Below, in pieces: positions 20,141 through 29,665 of a stretch of 64,000 nucleotides of DNA (position 1 is the stretch's first letter; every line of letters begins with the position of its first letter). The DNA is from Solirubrobacteraceae bacterium (lineage in GTDB: Bacteria > Actinomycetota > Thermoleophilia > Solirubrobacterales > Solirubrobacteraceae), in contig JBELAG010000001.1 of the NCBI GenBank assembly GCA_049509055.1, forward strand, positions 8,895 to 72,894. Direction: 5' to 3'. The position numbers and the translations under genes were made by a program. The notes beneath the pieces were generated by a model that saw only the letters and a program-made list of their open reading frames with translations, was not told where the DNA came from and searched no databases.

Positions 20141-22867
20141 ATGCGGTTACGCTCCCGTCCGGTGGCAGCGAGTGAGCGCAACGTCGAGCTGATCCGGGTG
20201 GTCGTCCTCTCGCCCGGGGATGTCGCCGAGGAGCGCGCCACGGTCGCGGTCGTCGTCGACGAGCTCAACCGCCGGGTCGCGCGGTCACACGGCTGCCTGC
20301 TGTCGCTGTGGCGGTGGGAGACCGATGCGCGTGCGGGCCTGCACATCGCCGGGCCACAGGGGCTGATCGATGAGCGGATGGAGATCGGTGAGTCCGATAT
20401 CGCGATCGGGATCTTCTGGTGGCGGTTCGGGACGCCGACCGGCGACGCGCGGTCGGGGACCGAGCACGAGCTGCGTCGAGCGTGGGAGGCGTGGCGAGAG
20501 AACCACCGGCCCGATGTGATGGTCTACTTCTGCGAGCGCGAAGGGTTCCCCGCCAGCAAGGCTGAGGCCGAGCAGCTGATGCAGGTGATGGCGTTTCGCG
20601 AGGAGCTGCCCCGCGAGCAGCTGTGGTGGTCCTACACCACGCCGGTGGAGTTCGAGCGACTGGTGCGCGGGCATCTGGAGGATGTGATCGTTCGCCGCGC
20701 TGCCCGGACCACGCCGCCGGCGCCCGTCACGGGGCGCGGGGCGCCGGTCGGTTTCAACCTCCCGTTGGTGCCCCGGCTGTTTGTCGGCCGCACCCGCGAG
20801 CTCGCCGCGCTGGAGGAGGCGCTCCAGGTCGCCGACCGTGCGGTGGTGACCCAGGCGATCACCGGGCTGGGCGGCGTGGGCAAGAGCCGGCTGGCCGAGC
20901 ATTACGTCGCCGCGCACGCCGATGAGTACGACGTCGTGGCCTGGATCCGGGCGCAGGACGGCGGCGTCGCCGACCTGGCCGAGCTCGCGGCCGCGCTCGG
21001 CGAACCGGTCGACGGGTTATCGCCCGCCGAGGCGCGTGAACTAGCGCTGCTGCGCCTGGGGCGGGGTCAGGAGCGCTGGCTGCTCGTGCTCGACAACCTC
21101 GACTCCCCGGCTCAACTCGCCGGCTGCCTGCCCCGGGGCGGTGGTGGCCGGGTGCTGGTGACGTCGCGCGACCGGGAGGTGCGCCAGTTCGCCCCCGCGC
21201 TGTCGCTCGACGTGTTCGACGAGCAGACCGCGGTCGACTACCTCATCGAACGGGCCGACCGTCCGCGCGACCGCGACGGGGCGCGGCGCCTGGCGCAGGC
21301 GCTCGGGGGTCTGCCGCTCGCGCTGACCCACGCCGCCGCCTACTGCGCCGACAGCGCCGACAGCTTTGACGACTACCTGCAGCTGCTCGGCGCGCTGCCG
21401 GCCCAGGAATTGTTCACCTCACGTCCCGAGCCCTCCTACGAGCAGACGGTCGCCTCGACCTGGAGGGCGTCGATCGCCGCCGCGAGCGCCCGGGCGCCGC
21501 GGGCCGGCGACGCGCTCGCGCTCGCCGCCCACCTCGGCCCGGACGCGATCCCCAGATCCCTGTTCGGCGTGCTGATCGACCCCGAGCAGCCGGGCGAGCG
21601 GATGCGACTCGCGACAGCGCTGGGCGCGCTCGCGCGGGCGAGCCTGGCCACCGTCGACGACGAGACGGTCAGCGTGCACCGGCTCCTGCAGAAGGTGGTG
21701 CGCGACGACGCTCGCGCTCGCGGCGATCAGACCCCGATCACGCGCGCGCTCGCCGCGCTCGACCAGGCGTTCCCGGCCGACCCCGCCGATCCGTCCCGGT
21801 GGCCGCACTCGGAGTGCCTGCTCTCGCACGTGATCGCCCTGGCTGACGGCGCCGCGCAGCTCGGGGACGCGGTGTCGCGGCTGATCGGCCTGCTCAACCG
21901 CGCGTGCACGTACCTGATCTGGGCCGGAGACGGTGCTCGCGGGCTCGCGCTCGCGCGGCGCAGCGCCGCGGCGGCCGAGCACACCCTCGGTCGTGACCAT
22001 CGCGAGACGTTGACGGCGCGGTATTGGACGGCGGTCGCGTTACGGCAGACGGGCCGCGCGGAGGAGGCGATGGCCTGCTGTGAGTCCCTCGTCGCAGACC
22101 AGGAGCGGATCCTCGGAGCGCGTGACCCCGACACGCTCAGATCCCGAAACCACCTTGCCACGGTCTTGCGCGCCGCCGGCCGGGTGACGGAGGCGATCGC
22201 GATCCTCGACCCGCTCGTGGCCGACAGCGCTCAGATCCTCGGCATCGAGCACCCCGAGACGCTCACCACCCGCCACAACCTGGGGCTCGCCTATCGGGCC
22301 GATGGGCGCGCCTCGGAGGCGATCGTGATCCTCGAATCATTGCGAGCCGACTACACACGGATCCGTGGCGCCGAGCAGCTCGAGACGCTCACCACGCTCA
22401 ACAACCTCGCGCTCGCGTATCGAGACGTCGGGCGGATGGCGGAGGCGATCGCGATCTTCGAGGCGCTGCGCGCGGACCGTGTGCGGATCCTCGGCGCCGA
22501 GCACCCCGACACGCTGACCAGCCGGGGCAACCTCGCGTCCACCTACCAGGCCGCCCACGACATCGCGGCGGCGATCCTGATCCTCGAACCGCTCGTTGCC
22601 GACTTCATGCGGATCCTCGGCGCCGATCACCCGCACACGCTCACCACCCGTCACAACCTCGCCGTGTGCTACCGGGCCGCCGGGCGTGCGGCGGACGCGG
22701 TCGCGATCCTCGAGCCGCTGCTCGCCGACAGCGCCCGGATCCTGGGCCCAGGGCACCCCGGCACGCTCACGACGCGACGCAGCCTGGCCGCTGCCTATCG
22801 CGCCGGCGGGCGCGAGGCCGAGGCGGACACGCTCGCGCCGCCGGTCCGGCGTCGCGAACGGCGGTGA
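20141..22867 (+). CDS. DUF4062-like domain + NB-ARC/STAND ATPase + TPR repeats (NLR-like protein)
   Basis: SPGDVAEER...GIFWWRFGTP...SGTEHE (DUF4062), ITGLGGVGKS (Walker A), WLLVLDN (Walker B), ALGGLPLAL (GLPL), seven 42-aa TPRs. Start is uncertain (20132-20162). Confidence 0.88.
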   Translation: MRLRSRPVAASERNVELIRVVVLSPGDVAEERATVAVVVDELNRRVARSHGCLLSLWRWETDARAGLHIAGPQGLIDERMEIGESDIAIGIFWWRFGTPTGDARSGTEHELRRAWEAWRENHRPDVMVYFCEREGFPASKAEAEQLMQVMAFREELPREQLWWSYTTPVEFERLVRGHLEDVIVRRAARTTPPAPVTGRGAPVGFNLPLVPRLFVGRTRELAALEEALQVADRAVVTQAITGLGGVGKSRLAEHYVAAHADEYDVVAWIRAQDGGVADLAELAAALGEPVDGLSPAEARELALLRLGRGQERWLLVLDNLDSPAQLAGCLPRGGGGRVLVTSRDREVRQFAPALSLDVFDEQTAVDYLIERADRPRDRDGARRLAQALGGLPLALTHAAAYCADSADSFDDYLQLLGALPAQELFTSRPEPSYEQTVASTWRASIAAASARAPRAGDALALAAHLGPDAIPRSLFGVLIDPEQPGERMRLATALGALARASLATVDDETVSVHRLLQKVVRDDARARGDQTPITRALAALDQAFPADPADPSRWPHSECLLSHVIALADGAAQLGDAVSRLIGLLNRACTYLIWAGDGARGLALARRSAAAAEHTLGRDHRETLTARYWTAVALRQTGRAEEAMACCESLVADQERILGARDPDTLRSRNHLATVLRAAGRVTEAIAILDPLVADSAQILGIEHPETLTTRHNLGLAYRADGRASEAIVILESLRADYTRIRGAEQLETLTTLNNLALAYRDVGRMAEAIAIFEALRADRVRILGAEHPDTLTSRGNLASTYQAAHDIAAAILILEPLVADFMRILGADHPHTLTTRHNLAVCYRAAGRAADAVAILEPLLADSARILGPGHPGTLTTRRSLAAAYRAGGREAEADTLAPPVRRRERR
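21986..22830 (+). repeat. Seven 126-nt / 42-aa TPR repeats (kinesin-light-chain type)
   Basis: Repeating LGxxHPxTLTxRxNLAxxYRxxGRxxEAxxILExLxAD units. Confidence 0.85.
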
Positions 22868-22869
22868 CG

Positions 22870-25800
22870 ATGCTGCGGGGCGTGCGTTGGCGCCTCGCCG
22901 CCTCGGTGCTGACCGTGATCACCGCGACGATCGCCGTCGCGACCGCAGTGCTCGGCCCGCTGTACCTGCACGCGGCGGGTGACTCGGTGCTGCGCCGGGC
23001 GATCGCGTCGGCCGCGGTGCAGGATCGCGGGGTGACGGTGCTGACCTACTCCGACCAGCGCACCCGCTCGGCCCGGTGCAGCGGGCCGAGCGAGTCGTGG
23101 ACGCCTCGGGACGCTGGTATGGCGCCCCGATCACCACCGTTCTGGCCGGCGTGGTCCTGTCGAACGCCAGGTCGGAGCTGTTCTGGCGAACCGGCATCTG
23201 CCGCGTGCTGCACTTCGAGCGCGGTCGGTGCGACTTGGGTGCCGGCGACGTCGTGATGACCGACCGCGGCGCCCGGCAGATCGGGGCATCGGTCGGCGCC
23301 ACGATCGACGCCTTCGCCAAGGGACGGAGCGGGCCGTTGCGACTGAGGGTCACCGGGCTCATCTCGACCCCCGACGTCGACCTGCCGTACTGGTGGGGCG
23401 ACGGGCCGGGGGACTTCCCGTTCGGACACAGCTCCGGGGGGCCGGGCGGGCCCGCCGAGACCGATCCGCTGATCGCGTCGCAGGCCACCGCCCTGGCGGT
23501 GCCCGCGCAGGACGTTCCGACGGCGATCGGCCAGGTGCCGCTGCGCGCCGGCGCCGTCGGCCTCGCCGACGAGGCCGCGGTGAAGCAGGTCCTGAGCCGG
23601 ACCGCCGCGACCCTGAACAGGCAGGGGATCACGGCCGGCACCCAGCTCCCGTCGGTGCTGGCGGCGGCTGACCGTCAACGGCGGGCGATGACGACGATCG
23701 TCGCGATCGCCGCCACGCAACTCGTTCTGCTCGCCGTCTGGGTACTCGGCGACCTGCTGGTACGCAGCAGCGACGCCCGTCGATCGGAGGCACGCGTCGC
23801 TGCACTGCGCGGCTTTCCGGCGATCAGCATGGTGTGGGCGACCGCCGCCGAGCCGGGGATCCTGTGCGCGCTGGGGGCCGTTCTGGGCGTGGCGGCGGCC
23901 TGGGTGTCGGTCGTCGTCGCCCGAGCGCATCTGCTCGTGCCCTCGGCGGTGATCGCGTTCGATGGACGGACATGTGCGGCGTTGGGACTGACCGTGGCGG
24001 CGATCATCGGCGCTCTCGGCATCGCGACCATGCGACTGCTGGGCGCCGGCGACCGGGAGCGCGCCGTGCGCGCGCCGACAGGCCCTTCGGTGATGGGCCG
24101 GGTCGCCGACGCGGTGCTGGTCGTACTGGCGATCGCGGCGCTCGTGGTGCTCGACACGACCGGCGCGCTGTCGAGCGCACACAGCGATCCGCTGGCCTCG
24201 GCGGCGCCCGGGCTGATCGCGCTCGGTGCCGCTGTTCTGGCCGTCCAGCTGATCCTGTCCGCCTGCCGGCTCGGGATGTCGCCGACCGCCGATTCGGGTT
24301 GGGTCGGCCTCTTCCTGGCTCTGCGTCAGACCGTCCGTCGGCCGACGGTTCTGCGCCAGGCCCGGGTGCTGATCATCGCGCTCTGCCTGGCCTGCTTTGC
24401 CTCGGTGGCGTGGTCGGTGGCTCGCAGCAACCGGGCGACGGCGGCGCAGTTTCAGGTCGGGGCCCGCGCGGTCGTCACGGTGGCGCCGCTGAGCAGCACG
24501 AGCCTGGAGCGAGCGGTCGAGCGGGCGGATCCGCGCGGACGGTTCGCGATGGCGACGGTCGACCTGCACACGCCGAGCACGAGGCTGCTGGCCGTCGACG
24601 CCCGGCGCCTGCCGGCCGCAGCGTCGTGGCCGACCGGAATCTCGGCTGCGACGGTGCAGAGCATCGCGCGCACGCTTCGCCCCTCCGGCCTCGCGGCGGT
24701 GACGCTGCCCGGTGAGCGGGTGCAGGTCGCCGCCCGGACGGTCACGACCGTCACGCGGGTCCCCGTCGACCTGGACATCTGGGTCTTCACCGCCGCGGCC
24801 GGGACCGCGATCGTCGACCTGGGGAGCCTGCACCCGGGCCAGGGGACCTACCGCGCCGACCTCGCCAGGGTGTGTCCGGCGGGGTGTGAGCTGGCAGGGC
24901 TCGGCGTCGGGCCGGCGCCCGGCCGGGGCGTCCCGGCGGCGGGCACCGTCGAGTTGAGCATCGGCCGAGTGGTGGCGCTTTCGCCCGCTGGGACATCGCG
25001 GCAGGTGCCGGCCGATCTGGTGCCGGACGGCTGGCGGTCCACCGCCCCCGGGGTGCGCGTCGAGTCAGGACAGGCGCAGGGCCTCACGTTGACCGCCACC
25101 GCCGCGGCAATCGGTGCCGACGCCGGCGCGACGGGCAGCCTGACGTCGCCGATGGTCTCCCCCGCCGACCACCCGCTCGTGCTCCCCGGGGTGGCCACCT
25201 CCGAGCTGGAGTCGGCGAACGCAGAGGTGGTCGGACCGCTGCCGGCGGAGGGGCTCGACGGCAACCCGATCAGCGTGCACCCGGTCGTGGTCGCGTCGGC
25301 GCTGCCGCGGGTCGGCGCCGATGCGGTCATGGTCGATCTGGGCCTGCTGTCCGACGCGCAGGTGGCCCCCACCAGTCCGGACACGACCGACGAGGTCTGG
25401 CTCGGGCCTCGCGCCCCGGCCGACGCGCTGGCCCGGTTGCGCGCGGCGGGCCTGACGCTGATCAGCGTTCAGCGCTCGTCGACCGTGTGGGCCGCGCTGC
25501 AGCGCTCCGCCCCGGCGCTGGCCGACGACTTCCTGCTGGCGGCGACGATCGCCGCGCTGATCGTCGCCGCCGCGAGCACGCTGGGAGCGCTCGGCGCCGC
25601 GACCCGTGAGCGGGCGACCGAGCTCGTCTCGCTGCAGGTCGCCGGGGTGCCCCGATCGGTGCTCGTACGCTCGCTCGGGATCGAGTCGGCGATCCTGATG
25701 CTCACCGCCATGTGCGGCGTCGGCGTCGGAGCGCTGGCCGCGGTGATCGCGGCTCCCTCGCTGCCGGAACTGGCCTCCGCCTCGCTCGCCCCGCTGCGGT

Positions 25801-25946
25801 ACGGGCTGCCGGCGAGCGTGATCGCGGCGATCCTCGCGGCCGTGGTCATCGCGGTGTCGCTGGTCGCCGGCGCGGTCACCGCGGTCCTGGTTCGCCGGAT
25901 GTCACCCGCCCTGCTGCGAATCGCCGCCGATGAGGGCACGGGCTGA
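22870..25946 (+). pseudogene. FtsX-like ABC transporter permease with a single-base frameshift at ~23064
   Basis: Two FtsX-type TM clusters (RRSEARVAALRG; RERATELVSLQVAG). The N-terminal frame from 22870 joins the frame of ORF 23076 if one C is added to the ACCCG run. Confidence 0.75.
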
Positions 25947-25953
25947 GCCGCTG

Positions 25954-26756
25954 ATGAGCGCCGCCGGCGCCGAGGTCGTCTGCGCCGGGGTCGTCCACGT
26001 CTACCCCGGTGAGGACGCGCCGATCGTCGCTCTGCGCAACGTCGATCTGCACGCCCGGGCCGGAGAGATGGTGGCGATCAACGGACCGTCGGGTTCGGGC
26101 AAGTCGACGCTGCTTGCCCTGCTCAGCGGGCTGATGGCGCCGACCGCCGGCACGATCCGCGTCGGCGACCATGACATGACCCGGCTGGACCGTCGAGGCC
26201 TGGCCCGCCTGCGCGCGACCGAGCTGGCGCTGATACTGCAGGACCCGCTCCGTAACCAGCTCCCCTACGCCACGACGCTGGAGAACCTGGCCTTCGCCCA
26301 ACGGGGCGCCCGACGCCGCGGTTGGCCGCTTCGCTGGTCTCCCGATGAGCTCGTCGATGCGTTCGGGCTGGGCGCGGTCGCCCGGCGGCCCGTGCACGGG
26401 GTCTCAGGCGGCGAGCAGCAACGGGTGGCCATCGCCGGCGCGACGGCAACCTCGCCCCGGGTGCTGCTGGCCGATGAGCCGACCGCCCGGCTGGACCACG
26501 CCGGGCGCGACGCGGTGATCGACAATCTGCGACGCGCCCACGCGCTGAGCGGCGCCACCGTCATCATCGTCACGCATGACACGACATTGGCCGAGGCGCT
26601 GCCGCGGGCACTCGGGATCGCCCACGGGGTCGTCGGTTCCGAGCGGCGAGCCGGACAGCGGCTGGCCGTGGCGGGCCGCGACGGGAGCGTGCAGCTGCCT
26701 CCCGAGGTCGCCGCGTCGACCCGCAGGACGCGCACGGACCGTCGGCCGGCGCGTGA
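25954..26756 (+). CDS. ABC transporter ATP-binding protein (C-terminal frameshift/deletion at ~26715)
   Basis: [32 protein letters not shown]. The probable true C-terminus [13 protein letters not shown] is out of frame and ends at the GTGA overlap with the next gene. Confidence 0.85.
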
Positions 26757-27391
26757 GCATCTCGGAGCTCCGCGGCGAGGATCTCGCCGTCCTCGGAGGC
26801 GAGGCGATCATCCTGCGCGGGATCGACGTCGTCGTCGGGGCCGGTGAGATCCTCGGGCTCAGCGGACCGTCGGCGTCGGGTAAGACGAGCCTGCTCTACG
26901 CGCTCGGCGGGCTCGCGCCGCTCGCCGCCGGCAGGGTCCTGATCGACGGCCGTCCAGCGCTCGCCTGGCGCGACGCCGTCACCGGAATCATCCTCCAGAA
27001 CCTGTGCCTGGTCCCGATCCTCAGCGCCGAGGAGACGGTCGCACTGCCGCTGCAGTCCACCGCGGTACCCAGGACCGACGTGGCGCGACGCGCAGCCGCA
27101 GCGCTCGATCAACTCGGTCTCGCCGACCACGCCCGGCAGCTGGTCGGCACCCTCTCCGGCGGCCAGCGCCAGCGCGTCGCGGTCGCCCGCACGCTCGCCA
27201 CCGGCCCCGACCTGATCCTCGCCGATGAGCCGACATCGGCCCTTGACGAGCACTGGCGCGACGTGGTCCTGGATCAACTCGTCACGCACGCCCGCCGGGG
27301 CGCCGTCGTGATCGTCGCCTCAGGCAACACGGATGTCATCTCGGTCTGCGACCGGGTGCTCTCGCTGACGAGCGACGGCACACCGGCATGA
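26753..27391 (+). CDS. ABC transporter ATP-binding protein
   Basis: [29 protein letters not shown]. Confidence 0.9.
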   Translation: MSISELRGEDLAVLGGEAIILRGIDVVVGAGEILGLSGPSASGKTSLLYALGGLAPLAAGRVLIDGRPALAWRDAVTGIILQNLCLVPILSAEETVALPLQSTAVPRTDVARRAAAALDQLGLADHARQLVGTLSGGQRQRVAVARTLATGPDLILADEPTSALDEHWRDVVLDQLVTHARRGAVVIVASGNTDVISVCDRVLSLTSDGTPA

Positions 27392-27553
27392 TCAGCCCCC
27401 GCGACGGTCGGCCTGCGGGAGGCCCTCGCGGGCCAGGGGGCGACGACTGCCGAACGGTTAGGCTTCAGGCTCCGTGCCGTCCAACCTCAGATGCGCGGCA
27501 GCTTCGATCGCCGGACCCCGTTGCGGTCGACGACTCCGACGGGCGATCGCCTG

Positions 27554-28150
27554 ATGGCACGCTGCCTGGTCACGGGCGGCGCCGGCTTCATGGGTGCGCA
27601 CCTCGTCACCGCGCTGGTCGACCGTGGCCATCACGTGGTCGCGCTCGACGACCTCAGCGGTGGATTCCGTGCCAACGTGGATTCAAGGGCACGCTTCGTG
27701 AAAGCATCGGTCATCGACCACGCGGCGATCGATGCCCTGTTCGGCCGGGAGGAGTTCGAGATCGTCTATCACCTCGCGGCGTACGCGGCCGAGGGGCTCA
27801 GCCATTTCATCAAGCGCTTCAACTACACCGAGAACCTGATCGGATCGGTGAACCTGATCAACGCGGCCGTCAATCACGGCGCCGACTGCTTCGTATTCAC
27901 GTCGTCGATCGCGGTGTACGGCGCGGGGCAGGTACCGATGATCGAGACGCTCACTCCCGAGCCCGAGGACCCCTATGGAATCGCCAAGCGCGCCGTCGAG
28001 CTCGACCTGATCGCCTCACACCAGATGTTCGGGCTGGACTTCGTCGTCTTCAGGCCCCATAACGTCTACGGGGAGTTGCAGAACACGGGGGATCGGTACC
28101 GCAACGTGATGGGGATCTTCATGAATCAGGTCACGACCGACGGCAGGTAG
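27554..28150 (+). pseudogene. NAD-dependent epimerase/dehydratase (extended SDR), 3'-truncated
   Basis: VTGGAGFMG, FTSSIAVYG, YGIAK, FRPHNVYG. Stops at ~198 aa just after GIFMNQV. Confidence 0.85.
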
Positions 28151-28803
28151 TGGATCTCGTAGCCCAGCGGCGCGAGGCGGCGCGCTATGTCGGCCTCCTC
28201 GCTGAAGATGAAGTAGCGCTCGTCAAAGCCGCCGATCTGCTCGAACACCGCGCGGTCGACGAGCATCGCACAGGCCGACACCGCTCCGACCGCCTTCGGC
28301 TGATCGCCGGTGGATACCACCGCTCCCCGCCGGCCGAGCGTCAGCGCCCAGAGCAACTGCACCCGCAGGCTCATCAGCCGCCACGCCGAGCCTTGCCGGC
28401 GACCGTCGGGGCCGACGATGCGTGGCCCCACGATCGCACAGCGCGGGTGCGCGTCCAGATAGCCCACGAGCGCGTCAAGCGTCCCCGGCGGCGTCTCGGT
28501 GTCCTCGTTGAGGATGTAGACGTATCGGCTCTCGACGGCCGCGACCACGACGTTGTGGTTGGCGCCGAATCCGGCGCGGTGGGGCTGGGCGATCACGTGC
28601 ACCTGCGGGAGTCTCCGGCGCACGGCGTCCACCGATTCATCGACCGAGGCGTTGTCGAGCACGTGCAGCTCGACCGAGCAGCGCCGCCCAGGGTCATCGA
28701 GCAGCGTCTCCAGGCAACGCATGAGCAGCGCGCAGTTCGACGTGTTGACGATCGATACGGCGACATCGATCGCGGTGTCCGAGTTGATCCGCGTCGTGTT
28801 CAC
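28126..28803 (-). pseudogene. Glycosyltransferase family 2 (rhamnosyltransferase-like), 3'-truncated
   Basis: VLDNASVD, GFGANHN, ILNEDT, GGFDERYFIFSEEAD. Ends at HYLPSVVT, collided with the epimerase. Confidence 0.85.
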
Positions 28804-28849
28804 TCTCGAGCCGTGACCGTTGTCATGAACCGGGCGAGGCCCCGCGCGG

Positions 28850-29662
28850 TCAGCTGCGGGGCGCGGCGGGCTCTGCGGCCGCCGCGGCGGCCGGCGTGGC
28901 GGGCGGGCCGTCGCACGTGCGGCGGGGCCTCAGCGCGGCCGCGCGGATGTGCGCCCGCGTGGCGATCAGCTCGCGCAGCACCGGGACCATGATCCGCGGG
29001 ATCGACAGCCGCGAGCCGGGCCGGTGCGTCCACGCGATCCCGCACGGCGCGACGCCGTAGCCGAGCGCGCGGGCGAGGGCGAGCGCCTCGGCGTCGAACG
29101 CCCAGCCGTCGATCCGCGCCCGGCTGAAGACGTCCCGCGCAGCGTCGGCGGTGAACAGCTTGAAGCCGCAGAACACGTCGCGCAGGGGCTCGCCCATCAC
29201 TCGGCGGCACAGGAAGATGAACCCCAGGCTGGCGGCGCGGCGCTGGATCGGCTGATAGCGCGCCACCTGCGAGTCGGCGGCGTTGCGGGCGCCGGCGACG
29301 ATCGCGCAGCGGTCGCCGATCAGCGCCTCCATCGCCGGCAGCGAGGCCAGCGAGTGCTCGCAGTCGGCGTCGCACATCAGCCGCAGGTCGCCGCCGGCCT
29401 CGAGCATTCCGCGGCGGACCGAGTAGCCCTTGCCGCGGTTGACCGGGTTGCGGATCACCCGCACGCGGGGATCGGCGAGGAACGGCCCGACCCGCGCGAC
29501 GGTGTCGTCGGTGCTGGCGTTGTCGACGACCAGGATCTCCCAGTCACCCCCTCGCGCCGCGAGGGCGGCCCGCACCGCGGGAATGATCTTGACGATCTCC
29601 TCGGCCTCGTTGTAGACGGGGACGATGACCGACATCGACGGCGTGGGCCTCACCATCGCCAC
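28850..29662 (-). CDS. GT2, dolichyl/polyprenyl-phosphate glycosyltransferase-like
   Basis: IVPVYNE, VVDNASTD, NRGKGYSVRRGM, MCDAD, DVFCGFKLF, GWAFDAE. Confidence 0.88.
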   Translation of the reverse strand: MAMVRPTPSMSVIVPVYNEAEEIVKIIPAVRAALAARGGDWEILVVDNASTDDTVARVGPFLADPRVRVIRNPVNRGKGYSVRRGMLEAGGDLRLMCDADCEHSLASLPAMEALIGDRCAIVAGARNAADSQVARYQPIQRRAASLGFIFLCRRVMGEPLRDVFCGFKLFTADAARDVFSRARIDGWAFDAEALALARALGYGVAPCGIAWTHRPGSRLSIPRIMVPVLRELIATRAHIRAAALRPRRTCDGPPATPAAAAAAEPAAPRS

Positions 29663-29665
29663 AGT

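Noticed and set aside
20141-22867. FxSxx-COOH RiPP system TPR protein
   Set aside because: The NB-ARC/TPR part is similar, but no precursor peptide, radical SAM or HEXXH gene is nearby.
15749-26756. Programmed ribosomal frameshifts in aftD2, GNAT, the permease and the ATPase
   Set aside because: No slippery heptamers are present, and aftD2 is missing codons relative to its paralogue, which recoding cannot explain.
17884-28803. Integrated mobile element or genomic island with defined ends
   Set aside because: The block looks accessory and partly lower in GC by eye, but I saw no integrase, transposase, tRNA or flanking direct repeats.
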